Under the pieces are notes generated by a model. The model was not told where the DNA came from and did not search any database. It saw only the letters and a program-made list of their open reading frames with translations. From positions 96,001 through 160,000 of the forward strand of contig JAJYUZ010000001.1 in NCBI GenBank assembly GCA_021792255.1: a stretch of 64,000 nucleotides of DNA, read 5' to 3'. This document shows positions 18,840 through 28,213 of this stretch, one piece after another (within the stretch, counting starts at the first letter, position 1; each line of letters opens with the position of its first letter). This DNA is from Thermoplasmata archaeon. Lineage in GTDB: Archaea > Thermoplasmatota > Thermoplasmata > Thermoplasmatales > GCA-001856825. A program made the position numbers and the translations under genes.

Positions 18840-19775
18840 ATGCAGGAAAGGTATAGAGTTCTGGGGAACACTCCTCTTATCCGCGCAGAGAAATTAGGTA
18901 AATTCCTTAATATTGAGGGACTGTACATTAAATATGAAGGATCAAATCCAACTGGGACTCAAAAAGACAGGGCGGCCTCAGTCCACATACTGGCGGCTAT
19001 ATCTGCGGGCTATGATACCATCGTAGTTGGTAGCTGCGGAAATTATGGAGCTTCGATCGCCTATTACGCTCATCTAAATCACTTAAAATCTCGTATTTAC
19101 ATTCCAAAGGAGTTCCATTCCCAACGGCTTGAGGAGATCGAAAAGAACTACGGAGCTACCTTGGTACTCGTGGAGGGCAAGTACGAAGACTCAGTCGAGG
19201 CAAGCAAGAGAGATGCCATCGCCAATTCTTGGTTTGATGGTAATGCTGGCGCCCATCCTGAACTTGGGCTTGAAGCATATTCGAAGATATCCTCAGAGAT
19301 CCACGACTCAATTGGGGAAGCGCCAGTGACGGTCTCAGTGCCTGTTGGAAATGGAACAACTCTGGCGGGGATATACTACGGTTTTGCTAATCAAAGAAAG
19401 CGGGGAGAGATTAAGAAAGTCCCACGGATGATTGCCGCAAGCACCGAAGGAGGAAATCCAGTGGTGGAGAGTTTTAAGAAAGGACTGAAGGAAATTACAG
19501 ACTTTCCCGTGGAGAAGATAAGAGAAACCGAAATCAACGAGGCCCTCGTAAATTATCATTCATACGACGGTGACTTGGCGTACAAAGCATTGCTTGAATC
19601 TGAAGGTTATGCAGAATACGTCACAGATGAAGATCTGATATCATACAAGGATATAGTGAGAGAATATGAGGGCATAGATCCATTGCCTCCTGCAGTCGCC
19701 TCCTTAGCTGCAACCGTTCGCGTGGTCGGGAAAGATAGGATATCGGGAATTCACGTTGCTATTTTGACCGGATAA
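18840..19775 (+). CDS. Threonine synthase-like PLP enzyme (fold type II)
   Basis: GNTPL, EGSNPTGTQKDR (PLP lysine), SCGNYG, VPVGNGTT. Confidence 0.85.
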   Translation: MQERYRVLGNTPLIRAEKLGKFLNIEGLYIKYEGSNPTGTQKDRAASVHILAAISAGYDTIVVGSCGNYGASIAYYAHLNHLKSRIYIPKEFHSQRLEEIEKNYGATLVLVEGKYEDSVEASKRDAIANSWFDGNAGAHPELGLEAYSKISSEIHDSIGEAPVTVSVPVGNGTTLAGIYYGFANQRKRGEIKKVPRMIAASTEGGNPVVESFKKGLKEITDFPVEKIRETEINEALVNYHSYDGDLAYKALLESEGYAEYVTDEDLISYKDIVREYEGIDPLPPAVASLAATVRVVGKDRISGIHVAILTG

Positions 19776-19803
19776 TCGATCCGGGGCCCGTGCGTAATGT
19801 CTA

Positions 19804-20502
19804 TCAGTTCTTCACTGCATCCTTGTGACTGCAACCAATAGCTCCCATCAATATTCTGTACTCGTAGGGGGAGATGGTTGCTCTCGAAATTACTCTTCTA
19901 AAGAGCAGACTAGTCTTCCCAATTCTGTGCTTTGGATAGTTATTTTCTATAAGGGACTCTTTAAACTTCTCTATCAGTCTGTCGTTCTCCTCTCTGGTTA
20001 TTGTCTCTTTACCCTTCGTCTTTTTACCTCCGAAAATTTCGTAGAAAAGGATCGCAGCAGCGCTCGAAACATTTAGTATTGGGTACTCTTCGGCTGCTGG
20101 TATGTGAACGAAGAAATCGCACATCGCTAATTCCTCGTTCGTCAGACCGATATCCTCTCTTCCGAGAACAATCCCGACCTTCCCTTTAATTTTCGACGAT
20201 AATTCAACGAATCCTCTTAGATCAAAATAATTTCGGAGAACCTCTTTCGGAGATTCACTCTTTACTCCTGAAGTACCGACAACGTATTCAAGATCGCTAA
20301 TAGCTTCATTCAACGAAGTGACCTTAGAACACTTGATCAGTATTTCATTTCCCTTCATTGAACGAAATAAGTCTTCGCTGGGAATTCTGTTGGTATTCAC
20401 CACTGTCAAATCGCTTAGTCCAAAGTTTTTCATGAGCCTTGCAATCGCGCCTAGATTTCCAGGATTCTTGGGTTCAACTACGATAATCCTAACGGACAGC
20501 AC
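19804..20502 (-). CDS. trmJ: tRNA 2'-O-methyltransferase, TrmJ/LasT (SPOUT) family
   Basis: VEPKNPGNLGAIARLMKNFG, GREDIGLTNEEL, YPILNVS. Confidence 0.88.
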   Translation of the reverse strand: MLSVRIIVVEPKNPGNLGAIARLMKNFGLSDLTVVNTNRIPSEDLFRSMKGNEILIKCSKVTSLNEAISDLEYVVGTSGVKSESPKEVLRNYFDLRGFVELSSKIKGKVGIVLGREDIGLTNEELAMCDFFVHIPAAEEYPILNVSSAAAILFYEIFGGKKTKGKETITREENDRLIEKFKESLIENNYPKHRIGKTSLLFRRVISRATISPYEYRILMGAIGCSHKDAVKN

Positions 20503-20557
20503 AATCCTAATTTTGAACGTAAATAAACCTTTTTACTTATGACTATCTTCACTTCTA

Positions 20558-21871
20558 ATGGATGGGGAGAAATTCCTATTTTCACTCTCAAGATTTGGCA
20601 TTAAGTTGGGGTTGGGCCCAACGACTGCTTTTGCCAAATTGCTAGGGGACCCTCAAAACAGATTCAGGAGCATTCACGTTGCAGGCTCGAATGGAAAGGG
20701 ATCTACCACTACTTATCTCTACAGAATTCTGAAAAAGCGTTACTTTACAGGGTTGTACACTTCGCCGCATCTGCGAAGATTTTCTGAAAGAATCATTGCT
20801 GGTGATGAAGAAATACCGTCCACTTTCATAGACGAGTTTGTGACAAAGCACAAATCGATTATTGAGTACAACGGAGAAGATACTCAGCTCACTTTCTTTG
20901 AGTACACAACTAACATGGCGTTCGACTTCTTTAGTAAAAAGGGAGTTCAGTTTGCAGCAGTAGAAGTCGGACTGGGAGGAAGACTTGATTCCACCAACAT
21001 ACTGACTCCTGACGTATCAGTTATAACGAGTATTTCTCTCGAACACGCAGACAAGCTTGGAGGGAGCATAGAATACATTGCGAGAGAGAAAGGGGGAATA
21101 ATCAAAAAAGGCGTACCGCTCGTTATCGGGAAAGTTCCTGAAGTCGCCAATGAAATCTTCCAAGGTATTGCAAAACAAAATGAATCGCCCGTTAAGCAAG
21201 TGAAGGATTGTTCTGTAAGAAATCTTGATTTCTCACTTTCTGGCACGAGATTTGAACTTGACACACAGTCCAACAAATATGATGTCGAGTTGAAGGCGCT
21301 TGGAGAGCATCAAGTGAACAACTCCATTGCCGCCATCCTGGCGTGCGAGTCCATAAGCAATCCTCCCGATGCAGGCGAAATACTTCACGGATTGAAAGAA
21401 GACCAGATATCTGGTCGATTCGAAGTCAGAAGGAGAGATCCGTTGATGATTTTAGATGGTGCACACAATTCTGAAGCTTCCAGAGTTCTCAGTTCGAACA
21501 TCAAGAAGTACTCGATAAACGATCCTCTTATTGTCCTTGGAGTACTTAGGGATAAGAATACCTATAACATTTTACAAAACTTATCAGAAGTTGCTGATAG
21601 CGTACTGATAACAGAACCAAACGAGCCAGAAAGAAAAAAAGATAGCGAAGATCTGAAGAGAGAAGCTAAGTTATTTTTCAAAGACGTTGAAGTGGAAAAG
21701 GTTCCGGCAAAAGCTTTAGATGCGGCGATTAATTCTAGGAGAAATACAATAGTAACTGGCTCCCTATATCTGGTCGGAGAGATGGAACTGTTGCTCGATG
21801 ACAAAGAAAAATCAGTTAGCCTTCCAGTGGAAGAAGAGGAACTTCGAAAGAGTCCAGAACTGATTGAATAA
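20558..21871 (+). CDS. folC: Folylpolyglutamate synthase / dihydrofolate synthase
   Basis: IHVAGSNGKGS, YTSPHL, EVGLGGRLDSTN, LDGAHN, TGSLYLVGE. Confidence 0.92.
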   Translation: MDGEKFLFSLSRFGIKLGLGPTTAFAKLLGDPQNRFRSIHVAGSNGKGSTTTYLYRILKKRYFTGLYTSPHLRRFSERIIAGDEEIPSTFIDEFVTKHKSIIEYNGEDTQLTFFEYTTNMAFDFFSKKGVQFAAVEVGLGGRLDSTNILTPDVSVITSISLEHADKLGGSIEYIAREKGGIIKKGVPLVIGKVPEVANEIFQGIAKQNESPVKQVKDCSVRNLDFSLSGTRFELDTQSNKYDVELKALGEHQVNNSIAAILACESISNPPDAGEILHGLKEDQISGRFEVRRRDPLMILDGAHNSEASRVLSSNIKKYSINDPLIVLGVLRDKNTYNILQNLSEVADSVLITEPNEPERKKDSEDLKREAKLFFKDVEVEKVPAKALDAAINSRRNTIVTGSLYLVGEMELLLDDKEKSVSLPVEEEELRKSPELIE

Positions 21872-21909
21872 GAAATCTAGCTTACCGTTTTCCAGTGGAA
21901 AGAGAGGGG
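21822..21909 (+). promoter_or_regulatory. Two ORB (origin recognition box) elements upstream of orc1/cdc6; candidate oriC
   Basis: TTCCAGTGGAAGAAGAGG (21822-21839) and TTCCAGTGGAAAGAGAGGGG (21890-21909) match the archaeal ORB consensus TTCCAGTGGAAAC...GGGG. They lie directly upstream of an orc1/cdc6 gene. Confidence 0.8.
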
Positions 21910-21999
21910 ACTGCATGAAGTGCCAGCTATTTATTCGTTTTGGTAAAAGACCTGATAAGAAACGGTTTTAATAAAGAAAATTTTTGACGGTAGTATAAC

Positions 22000-23256
22000 A
22001 TGAGCAGTTCATCTAAAAACTTATTCGAAAAGTTCACTTATGCCTCTCTAATCGTTAAGGGGCAGAGGCAAGCGTTAGAGCCTGGATTTGTCCCAGATCG
22101 GCTTCCGCACAGAGAAAAAGAAGCGGAACAACTCGCAGAGATAATTTCTCCTTCACTCAAGAATTTCAAACCATCCAATGTAATTATTTTCGGCAAACCT
22201 GGAGTAGGGAAGACTAGTGTGGTCAAGTTTGTCGAAGGCGAGATATACAAGGCAATGCAGTCAAGACTTGACGTAAGAATCAAACTTATCGACGTGAACT
22301 GCGGAGTCGTTGACAACCCCTACGGAGTCCTTTTGGCGGTCGGCGATGGTCTCCTAGAAACGTGGGAGGAAAAACTCCCATTTACCGGATGGCCACTGGA
22401 TAAACTTTACGCGACCGTGCTCGACAAAGTCAAGAACTTTGCTGGTATAGCGATCATAGTTCTGGACGAAATAGACAAGCTCGTGAAAAAGAGCGGAGAC
22501 TCAGTTCTCTATCAGCTTCTGAGGATAAACGAAGTGACAAAGGAAGGCAGAGTGTGCTTACTGGGCATAAGCAACGATCTACGGTTTACAGAATATTTGG
22601 ATCCAAGAGTCAAGAGCAGACTCATAGAGGAGACTATGGTTTTCAACCCCTACAATGCTTCCCAAATATATGACATACTTAGAGACAGATCTCTTTACGC
22701 CGGGATAGCGGACTCAATTGACGAGTCTGCCATGAAAACTTGTGCGGCGCTAGCGGCTCAGGAGCATGGAGATGCAAGAAGGGCGATAGATATGCTCAGA
22801 ATCGCGGTCGAATTGACAGAAAAGGGAAGCGAGAAGAGGATACTGGACGATACGATATATGAGGCCAAAAAGAAGCTGGAAAGGGATGTAGTAGTCGAGA
22901 CAGTCTCTACTCTACCGTTGCACAGCAAGTTAGTTCTCTTCTCAATTTCTCTCATCGACGAGATAAAGAGCGGAGGAAGTTCTACGATGGGAGAATTTTA
23001 TGACCTCTACGAAAAGATTGCTGACAGGATGGGACTCAGCAGTCTCACTCAGAGAAGAGTAGCGGACATAATAGGCGAATTGACGAATCTTGGTCTCGTA
23101 GATTCCAAAGTCCAGAGTTTTGGAAGGTATGGAAGGACCACAACAGCTACACTCAATTACAGTTCTTCTAAGATCAAGGATATCCTTCTCAGCGATGAAA
23201 TCTTGATGCAGCTCAAGGACGTTAAACCTTCACAGAAATCTCTGCCCGTTTCATAA
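22000..23256 (+). CDS. cdc6: Orc1/Cdc6 replication initiator
   Basis: PDRLPHRE, GKPGVGKT, VLDEIDKL, ISND, LDPRVKSRL, HGDARRAIDMLR, and winged helix with GRYGRT. Confidence 0.95.
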   Translation: MSSSSKNLFEKFTYASLIVKGQRQALEPGFVPDRLPHREKEAEQLAEIISPSLKNFKPSNVIIFGKPGVGKTSVVKFVEGEIYKAMQSRLDVRIKLIDVNCGVVDNPYGVLLAVGDGLLETWEEKLPFTGWPLDKLYATVLDKVKNFAGIAIIVLDEIDKLVKKSGDSVLYQLLRINEVTKEGRVCLLGISNDLRFTEYLDPRVKSRLIEETMVFNPYNASQIYDILRDRSLYAGIADSIDESAMKTCAALAAQEHGDARRAIDMLRIAVELTEKGSEKRILDDTIYEAKKKLERDVVVETVSTLPLHSKLVLFSISLIDEIKSGGSSTMGEFYDLYEKIADRMGLSSLTQRRVADIIGELTNLGLVDSKVQSFGRYGRTTTATLNYSSSKIKDILLSDEILMQLKDVKPSQKSLPVS

Positions 23257-23283
23257 ATCTATATATCTTTGGCATAATCGGGT

Positions 23284-23832
23284 ATGGTGAAGGCGAAGGC
23301 GATTCTGATAATAGGCATGCCTGGTTCCGGCAAGGACGAGTTCGCTATGGTCGCAAGGGAAATGGGCATCGAAGTAATCAACATGGGAGATATCGTAAGG
23401 GAGTTCACTTCCGGCACCGGAGTGAGCATATCGATGAGTGGTGAGATCGCCTCAAAGGAACGAAAGAATCATGGGATGGACATATGGGCCAAGCGAACGA
23501 TTGAAAAGGTAAAAAGCAACTTTGTAGTGGTGGAAGGCATAAGGAATGTCGAGGAGATAGTCAGATTTAGAAAGGACATGGAGATCGGCCTTGTGGTTGG
23601 GATATCATCTGGAAGGGACAATAGGTTCAGTCGTCTACTCAAGAGAGGAAGAGAGGACGATCCTAGAAACATAGACGAATTTTCTGTCAGGGAGAAAAGA
23701 GAACTGAACTGGGGGATAGGAGAAGCACTAGCGACTGCGGATCGCTATATATGTAACGACTCCACCATTCAAGAATTCAGAGAGAAAGTCAGAGAATTTC
23801 TCAAGGGACACATAGTTCAAGAAAGTTCTTAA
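23284..23832 (+). CDS. Nucleotide kinase-like P-loop protein (UPF0200 / archaeal dephospho-CoA kinase-like)
   Basis: GMPGSGK, MGDIVRE, EGIRN, RGREDD, RELNWGIG. Confidence 0.85.
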   Translation: MVKAKAILIIGMPGSGKDEFAMVAREMGIEVINMGDIVREFTSGTGVSISMSGEIASKERKNHGMDIWAKRTIEKVKSNFVVVEGIRNVEEIVRFRKDMEIGLVVGISSGRDNRFSRLLKRGREDDPRNIDEFSVREKRELNWGIGEALATADRYICNDSTIQEFREKVREFLKGHIVQESS

Positions 23833-24379
23833 AAATATTTTTCCCAAATTGGGTATGCTCAACCTCGGGATGAAATTGCAGAGCGTATCTCTTTTCGTAG
23901 GTATTTGCCATAGCCTGTACCTTACACGTCTCGGACGATGCGAGTAGCTGGAATCCAGGCGGGATGCTCTTAATTTCATCGTTATGACTCTCCCAGGCAA
24001 AGAACTTTTTAGGGACTCCCCTCAGTATAGAATTTTCTTCCGATATGGATATCTCCACTCTTCCAAATTCTGGGTGAATTGCTGGCATGACATTTGAACC
24101 GTAGTGCATTCCCATGAATTGTGCGCCTGCGCATATCCCAAGAATCGGAATCTTAAGCTTATCAAGATACTGGGCAGTTTTTCCCAGCCTGAAACTTTCA
24201 TATGCGATTGAAGGGGCTCCTCCTGAGAGAACGATGCCATCCGCATCGCTGATTTCATCTATTTCAGACTCGTTGCTCTTGATTTCACAATCAACCTCCA
24301 GATCCCGAAGAACTCGCCACTCTCTGTGCGTCCACTGACCACCATTGTCCATGACGTATATCTTCAAACTTTCTGCCAC
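23801..24379 (-). CDS. guaAA: GMP synthase subunit A (glutamine amidotransferase)
   Basis: DNGGQWTHR, LGICAGAQ, ESHNDE, QFHPEVEHT. Confidence 0.92.
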   Translation of the reverse strand: MAESLKIYVMDNGGQWTHREWRVLRDLEVDCEIKSNESEIDEISDADGIVLSGGAPSIAYESFRLGKTAQYLDKLKIPILGICAGAQFMGMHYGSNVMPAIHPEFGRVEISISEENSILRGVPKKFFAWESHNDEIKSIPPGFQLLASSETCKVQAMANTYEKRYALQFHPEVEHTQFGKNIFKNFLELCVP

Positions 24380-24380
24380 C

Positions 24381-25088
24381 TCATATCTTTCTGCTCATCA
24401 GCATGTCAATGTAGCTATTGATATGCTCAGCGAGCAACGGGTTGTCTGTAAAACCACACGCAGATAGATCAGGAGCTGCTATAAGCGCCCTTACCCCGTC
24501 AGAGACCATATCTGTTGCGATCAGGGAATTATTCCTGAAAACTCTCGTTCCCTGGGGTACCCGTTGGTTATCTGGGGCTACAATTGAAACGGAGACGTTT
24601 CTCGTGATTGCAGACTCGATCTCCTTTACTAGCTCCTGCCGAAGCTCCCTGAGCTTTGGTGTAGAAATCGAGGCAAACCTCTCAGCTGCGTTTAGGACTT
24701 CTTTCATCTTTTCAAGAACTCTCTCCTTTCCGTAAATTGTGTATATCAACTGCGGAAGGCCCTGTTGCGTAAGCAGTTCGCTCATATCGGTGAGCTTCTC
24801 GAAGAGAATATCTAGATTCTTGGAGAAATTTTTTCTGATTTCATAGACATTTTTTGCCTTGAAGACCTTGGGCCTTCCTTCCAAAGAGGTGATGAATCCT
24901 CTCTCCTCGAGTTTCTCCAGAACCTTATAAGTGGAAGTTCTCGGAATTTTAGCAGTCATAGCTATTGTATCCGGTGTGCTAGCACCCAATAGTATTAGCG
25001 CAAGGAACCCCCTTAACTCGTAGTCTGTCATTGCGAAACTCTCGAAGTATTTCGACACTTCCGAAAGTTCTTTTTCAAAATCTTCCAT
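24381..25088 (-). CDS. TrmB family transcriptional regulator
   Basis: HTH IPRTSTYKVLEKLEERGFI...GRPKVF followed by a TrmB effector domain. Confidence 0.88.
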   Translation of the reverse strand: MEDFEKELSEVSKYFESFAMTDYELRGFLALILLGASTPDTIAMTAKIPRTSTYKVLEKLEERGFITSLEGRPKVFKAKNVYEIRKNFSKNLDILFEKLTDMSELLTQQGLPQLIYTIYGKERVLEKMKEVLNAAERFASISTPKLRELRQELVKEIESAITRNVSVSIVAPDNQRVPQGTRVFRNNSLIATDMVSDGVRALIAAPDLSACGFTDNPLLAEHINSYIDMLMSRKI

Positions 25089-25135
25089 GGGTAATAATAA
25101 AAAAGGCTTTTATAATTTTTTTCACTACAAGGACG

Positions 25136-26047
25136 ATGAAATGTTCCTTATGCAATAATGATGCGGTGGTGTTCCTAAAGTACAGCGGGAGTCATCTGTG
25201 TGATAAACACTTCACCAAATTCTTTCAAAAGAGAGTGAACTTAGAGTTCAGGAACGAATTAAGAATTAAGAGACCTATTAAAATAGGAGTGGCCCTTTCA
25301 GGGGGAAAGGATAGTTCTGTTGCTCTTTATGAGACAGAAAGAGTATTTGGAAAGAGGAGAGATGTAAGCATCGTTGCGCTCACCATCGATGAGGGGATCA
25401 AATCTTACAGGCCAGAGACAATTCGAACCGCCGAATCCTTAACTAAGAAACTCGGTGTAGAACACCGGATCCTAAAGATAGAAGACAGTTTTGGAACAAG
25501 CATGGATTTGGTGTCCGAGGGCGGAAGGCTCTCTCCGTGCAGTTACTGTGGCGTTTTTCGGAGGAAATTGATTAACACTGCGGGGATAGAAGAAAACGTC
25601 GATTACATGGTCACTGGACTAAATCTGGATGATACTGCCCAATCAGTAATGATGAACATCGTCAGGGGAGATATCTCAAGGTTGAGCAGGATGGGCCCTC
25701 ACAGTCAGGTCAAGGGTGGGCTCGTTCCCAGGCTTCAACCACTGCGTAAGATCCCAGAGAAGGAAGTAATGCTCTATGCAATTTTACAGGGTATCGATTT
25801 CTCCCACTCAGTCTGCCCTTACGCTGATCAGGCAATTAGAAACGAATTCAGAGAGTCAATAGACAGGTGGGAGGAACGTTCTCCTGGGACAAAATACTCG
25901 ATTATCAATTCATTCGATAAGATAAGAGCCCTGATACCATCGGAGCAAGACATCAAGATAGGCAAGTGTAAAGTATGCGGATCTCCCACGCCCGGCGACG
26001 TATGTCAGAGTTGTTCCTTCGAAATGGAGATAAGAACATGGACGTGA
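25136..26047 (+). CDS. tRNA 2-thiolation protein (TtcA/TtuA/Ncs6 family)
   Basis: CxxC...C N-terminal Zn finger, SGGKDS, PCSYCGVFRR, NLDD, CPY, and a C-terminal CxxC-CxxC. Start reassigned to ATG 25136. Confidence 0.9.
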   Translation: MKCSLCNNDAVVFLKYSGSHLCDKHFTKFFQKRVNLEFRNELRIKRPIKIGVALSGGKDSSVALYETERVFGKRRDVSIVALTIDEGIKSYRPETIRTAESLTKKLGVEHRILKIEDSFGTSMDLVSEGGRLSPCSYCGVFRRKLINTAGIEENVDYMVTGLNLDDTAQSVMMNIVRGDISRLSRMGPHSQVKGGLVPRLQPLRKIPEKEVMLYAILQGIDFSHSVCPYADQAIRNEFRESIDRWEERSPGTKYSIINSFDKIRALIPSEQDIKIGKCKVCGSPTPGDVCQSCSFEMEIRTWT

Positions 26048-26520
26048 CTTTAGGAATCATCGCACTCTTTTTGGCATTATTTGTAGGTTTTTTGGCTAGG
26101 TACCTTATCCTAACTAGCAGGAAGAAAAAGTCAAACTTTCTCTACAAGGACTTGAAGGTGATAACATCAGAGGGTACAAATCCCGGTTTGATGGTGTATT
26201 TGATTTCTATAGCAACTGCTATTATCGGTCCATTTTCCTATAGGCTATACCCTTTGAACGACCTGTCTTATATGCTTGCGAACGTAATTGCTGCACTATT
26301 CTTCGTAGTTTTCTATCCTCCTTACGCGCCCGTTACAGGGTTTGCGACCATAGACGTCGTGGAGAAGGATGGAGTCAAATTTTGCATAGTGGGTAAGGTA
26401 ATGAACAGGAAGTACAAGGTTCAGTCAATCTCCGAGCAACCCAAGTTCGAAATAGTCGTTGAGTTCAGAAGAAACAGGTTGATATTCGAGGTCACGGATC
26501 AGTCCTCTTCCCAGCGGTAA
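26038..26520 (+). CDS. Hypothetical membrane protein (about 3 TM segments)
   Basis: Hydrophobic segments present. Start reassigned to ATG 26038, after a GGAG RBS. Confidence 0.6.
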   Translation: MDVTLGIIALFLALFVGFLARYLILTSRKKKSNFLYKDLKVITSEGTNPGLMVYLISIATAIIGPFSYRLYPLNDLSYMLANVIAALFFVVFYPPYAPVTGFATIDVVEKDGVKFCIVGKVMNRKYKVQSISEQPKFEIVVEFRRNRLIFEVTDQSSSQR

Positions 26521-27142
26521 GTTTGGTGATTACCCTGACGGCCGAATTCATGTATTTTTCATCCATTATGTAAGTCACATCGTTGTAGAATGAAGCCACC
26601 TGGTAAACATTTATTCCGTTTACCGCGAGGATCGATGAGACGTAAGCCACATATCCTCGCAATTTTTCGATGATTAATGGTGAAATTACTACCAACTCAC
26701 CCAGATCATCCCTGAATGAGAGAATTTCCTCAGGTGGGAATTGTTTCCTAACCTCGGGGGTATTCTTCTTGTCAACAACAATAACTATTCCCTGACTTCC
26801 CTGGACTATTCTTATCTTTCCCCCAGAACCAAAGATCTCGCTGTAAATATTTGAGACCTTCTCAAAGTTGTCGGCTGAATTTCTAACGGTCAAATTCGTC
26901 ATCGAATAGAATGCCTCAATTCTCGACTCGTTTAAAGCTGATTTATAAGCGGACTCGAGTGATGGATTTCTCTCAGGATACCTCTTTATCGCGGCCAATA
27001 CTGCATTGAAATTTTGGGTCTTCAGTTGCTTCATCAAGTACATGGCGAGAGAAGAGTAATTGACTATCCCAGACTGGAGAGCATCCATTGCGCAAGGATT
27101 AGATGATAGATATTCAGAGACCCTCCTGCTAATTCTTTCCAT
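26492..27142 (-). CDS. ACT-domain-containing protein with N-terminal helical/HTH-like region
   Basis: GIVNYSSLA N-terminus and C-terminal ACT motif GYVAYVSSILAVNGINVYQVAS. Confidence 0.75.
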   Translation of the reverse strand: MERISRRVSEYLSSNPCAMDALQSGIVNYSSLAMYLMKQLKTQNFNAVLAAIKRYPERNPSLESAYKSALNESRIEAFYSMTNLTVRNSADNFEKVSNIYSEIFGSGGKIRIVQGSQGIVIVVDKKNTPEVRKQFPPEEILSFRDDLGELVVISPLIIEKLRGYVAYVSSILAVNGINVYQVASFYNDVTYIMDEKYMNSAVRVITKLTAGKRTDP

Positions 27143-27286
27143 GATTGAAGATAAATTCCATCTTAAAAAGTTAGTTCTTCAGTCTCCTCGTCCTTCACCC
27201 GATCGTCAGAAAGGGTAAGTGATTAAGTAAAGGGCCCGGGTAAGCTGACCGTATAACTAAAATCGCTAAATTGAATTAAGATAACC

Positions 27287-27499
27287 ATGGTTGCCGAAGC
27301 AGACAAGAAGATAGTCCTACTTCACAATTTCGACAGGAACGACTATACAAGATTGCTGAATTTCCTCAAGTCGAGCGGGTTATCGAGTAAAACTATAGTT
27401 GCGGTTACAACCTCTGTAACCCTAGACTGGAAAGTGGCAGACCTCATCAAGGAACTCTTCCTCGAAGACGAAGCTCTGAGAGACCAGACAAAGGGCTAA
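27287..27499 (+). CDS. Small protein, DUF3783-like
   Basis: VLLHNF...VAVTT...LDWKVADLIKELxxE pattern. Confidence 0.6.
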   Translation: MVAEADKKIVLLHNFDRNDYTRLLNFLKSSGLSSKTIVAVTTSVTLDWKVADLIKELFLEDEALRDQTKG

Positions 27500-28003
27500 T
27501 TAGAATTTCTTAAATTTAGGTCCACTCGTTCCGCAAACTGGGCATTTCTCTGGTGCTTTACCCATCACTGTATAGCCACACACCGGACATATGAAAATGT
27601 CGCTCTGTTCGATGTCTTTTTTAGCAGTTACGCTGTCGAGTGCCTTCCTGTATAGATCTTCGTGTATCTTTTCGGCCTCGAGGGCGTACTTGGTTGAGAC
27701 CTCTGCACCCCTTTCGTTCTGGAATTTTGCTACCTCGTTAAATACTGGATACATTTCGTTCACCTCATAGTGTTCTCCTTCGACTGCATCCTCCAGGTTC
27801 TCGGCCGTACTCTTGATCATCCCGAGGTTTCTATAGTGGTTGGTTGCATGGACAGTCTCTGCGAACGAAATCGCCTTGAATAGTTTCGAGACGTTCGGGT
27901 ACCCATTTTTGTCAGCGACCTCAGAATAAATAGAGTACTTCATTGCGGCTTTGCTTTCACCGCTAAAAGCCTCTTCTAAGTTATTTTTAGTCATTGACCT
28001 CAT
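27500..28003 (-). CDS. Rubrerythrin
   Basis: AFSGES, ETVH, EHYE, EKIH diiron ligands and two CPVCG rubredoxin motifs. Confidence 0.93.
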   Translation of the reverse strand: MRSMTKNNLEEAFSGESKAAMKYSIYSEVADKNGYPNVSKLFKAISFAETVHATNHYRNLGMIKSTAENLEDAVEGEHYEVNEMYPVFNEVAKFQNERGAEVSTKYALEAEKIHEDLYRKALDSVTAKKDIEQSDIFICPVCGYTVMGKAPEKCPVCGTSGPKFKKF

Positions 28004-28213
28004 TTAAATCACTAGTTGATTACAAGGTGGTTAATTAGAGCTACTGATTCCTGAAAATTAGATCCGGTAGGCAATGCTCTTATTCCAACACGAATTATTG
28101 ATTGTGTACTCCATAAAGAATATAATGATTAGAGCTCATCGCAACTGTAGAGTGCCATTATTTTCACACAAAAGGGCCATCTCTTTCAATCTACACTCTT
28201 AGGAGGAAATATT

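Noticed and set aside
21686-21700. Additional mini-ORB-like GTTGAAGTGGAAAAG in folC
   Set aside because: It lacks the TCCA half of the dyad and is explained by coding sequence.
27180-27260. Possible C/D box sRNA (GTGATTA...CTGA)
   Set aside because: The C box is imperfect, the spacing is too short, and there is no clear C'/D' pair.
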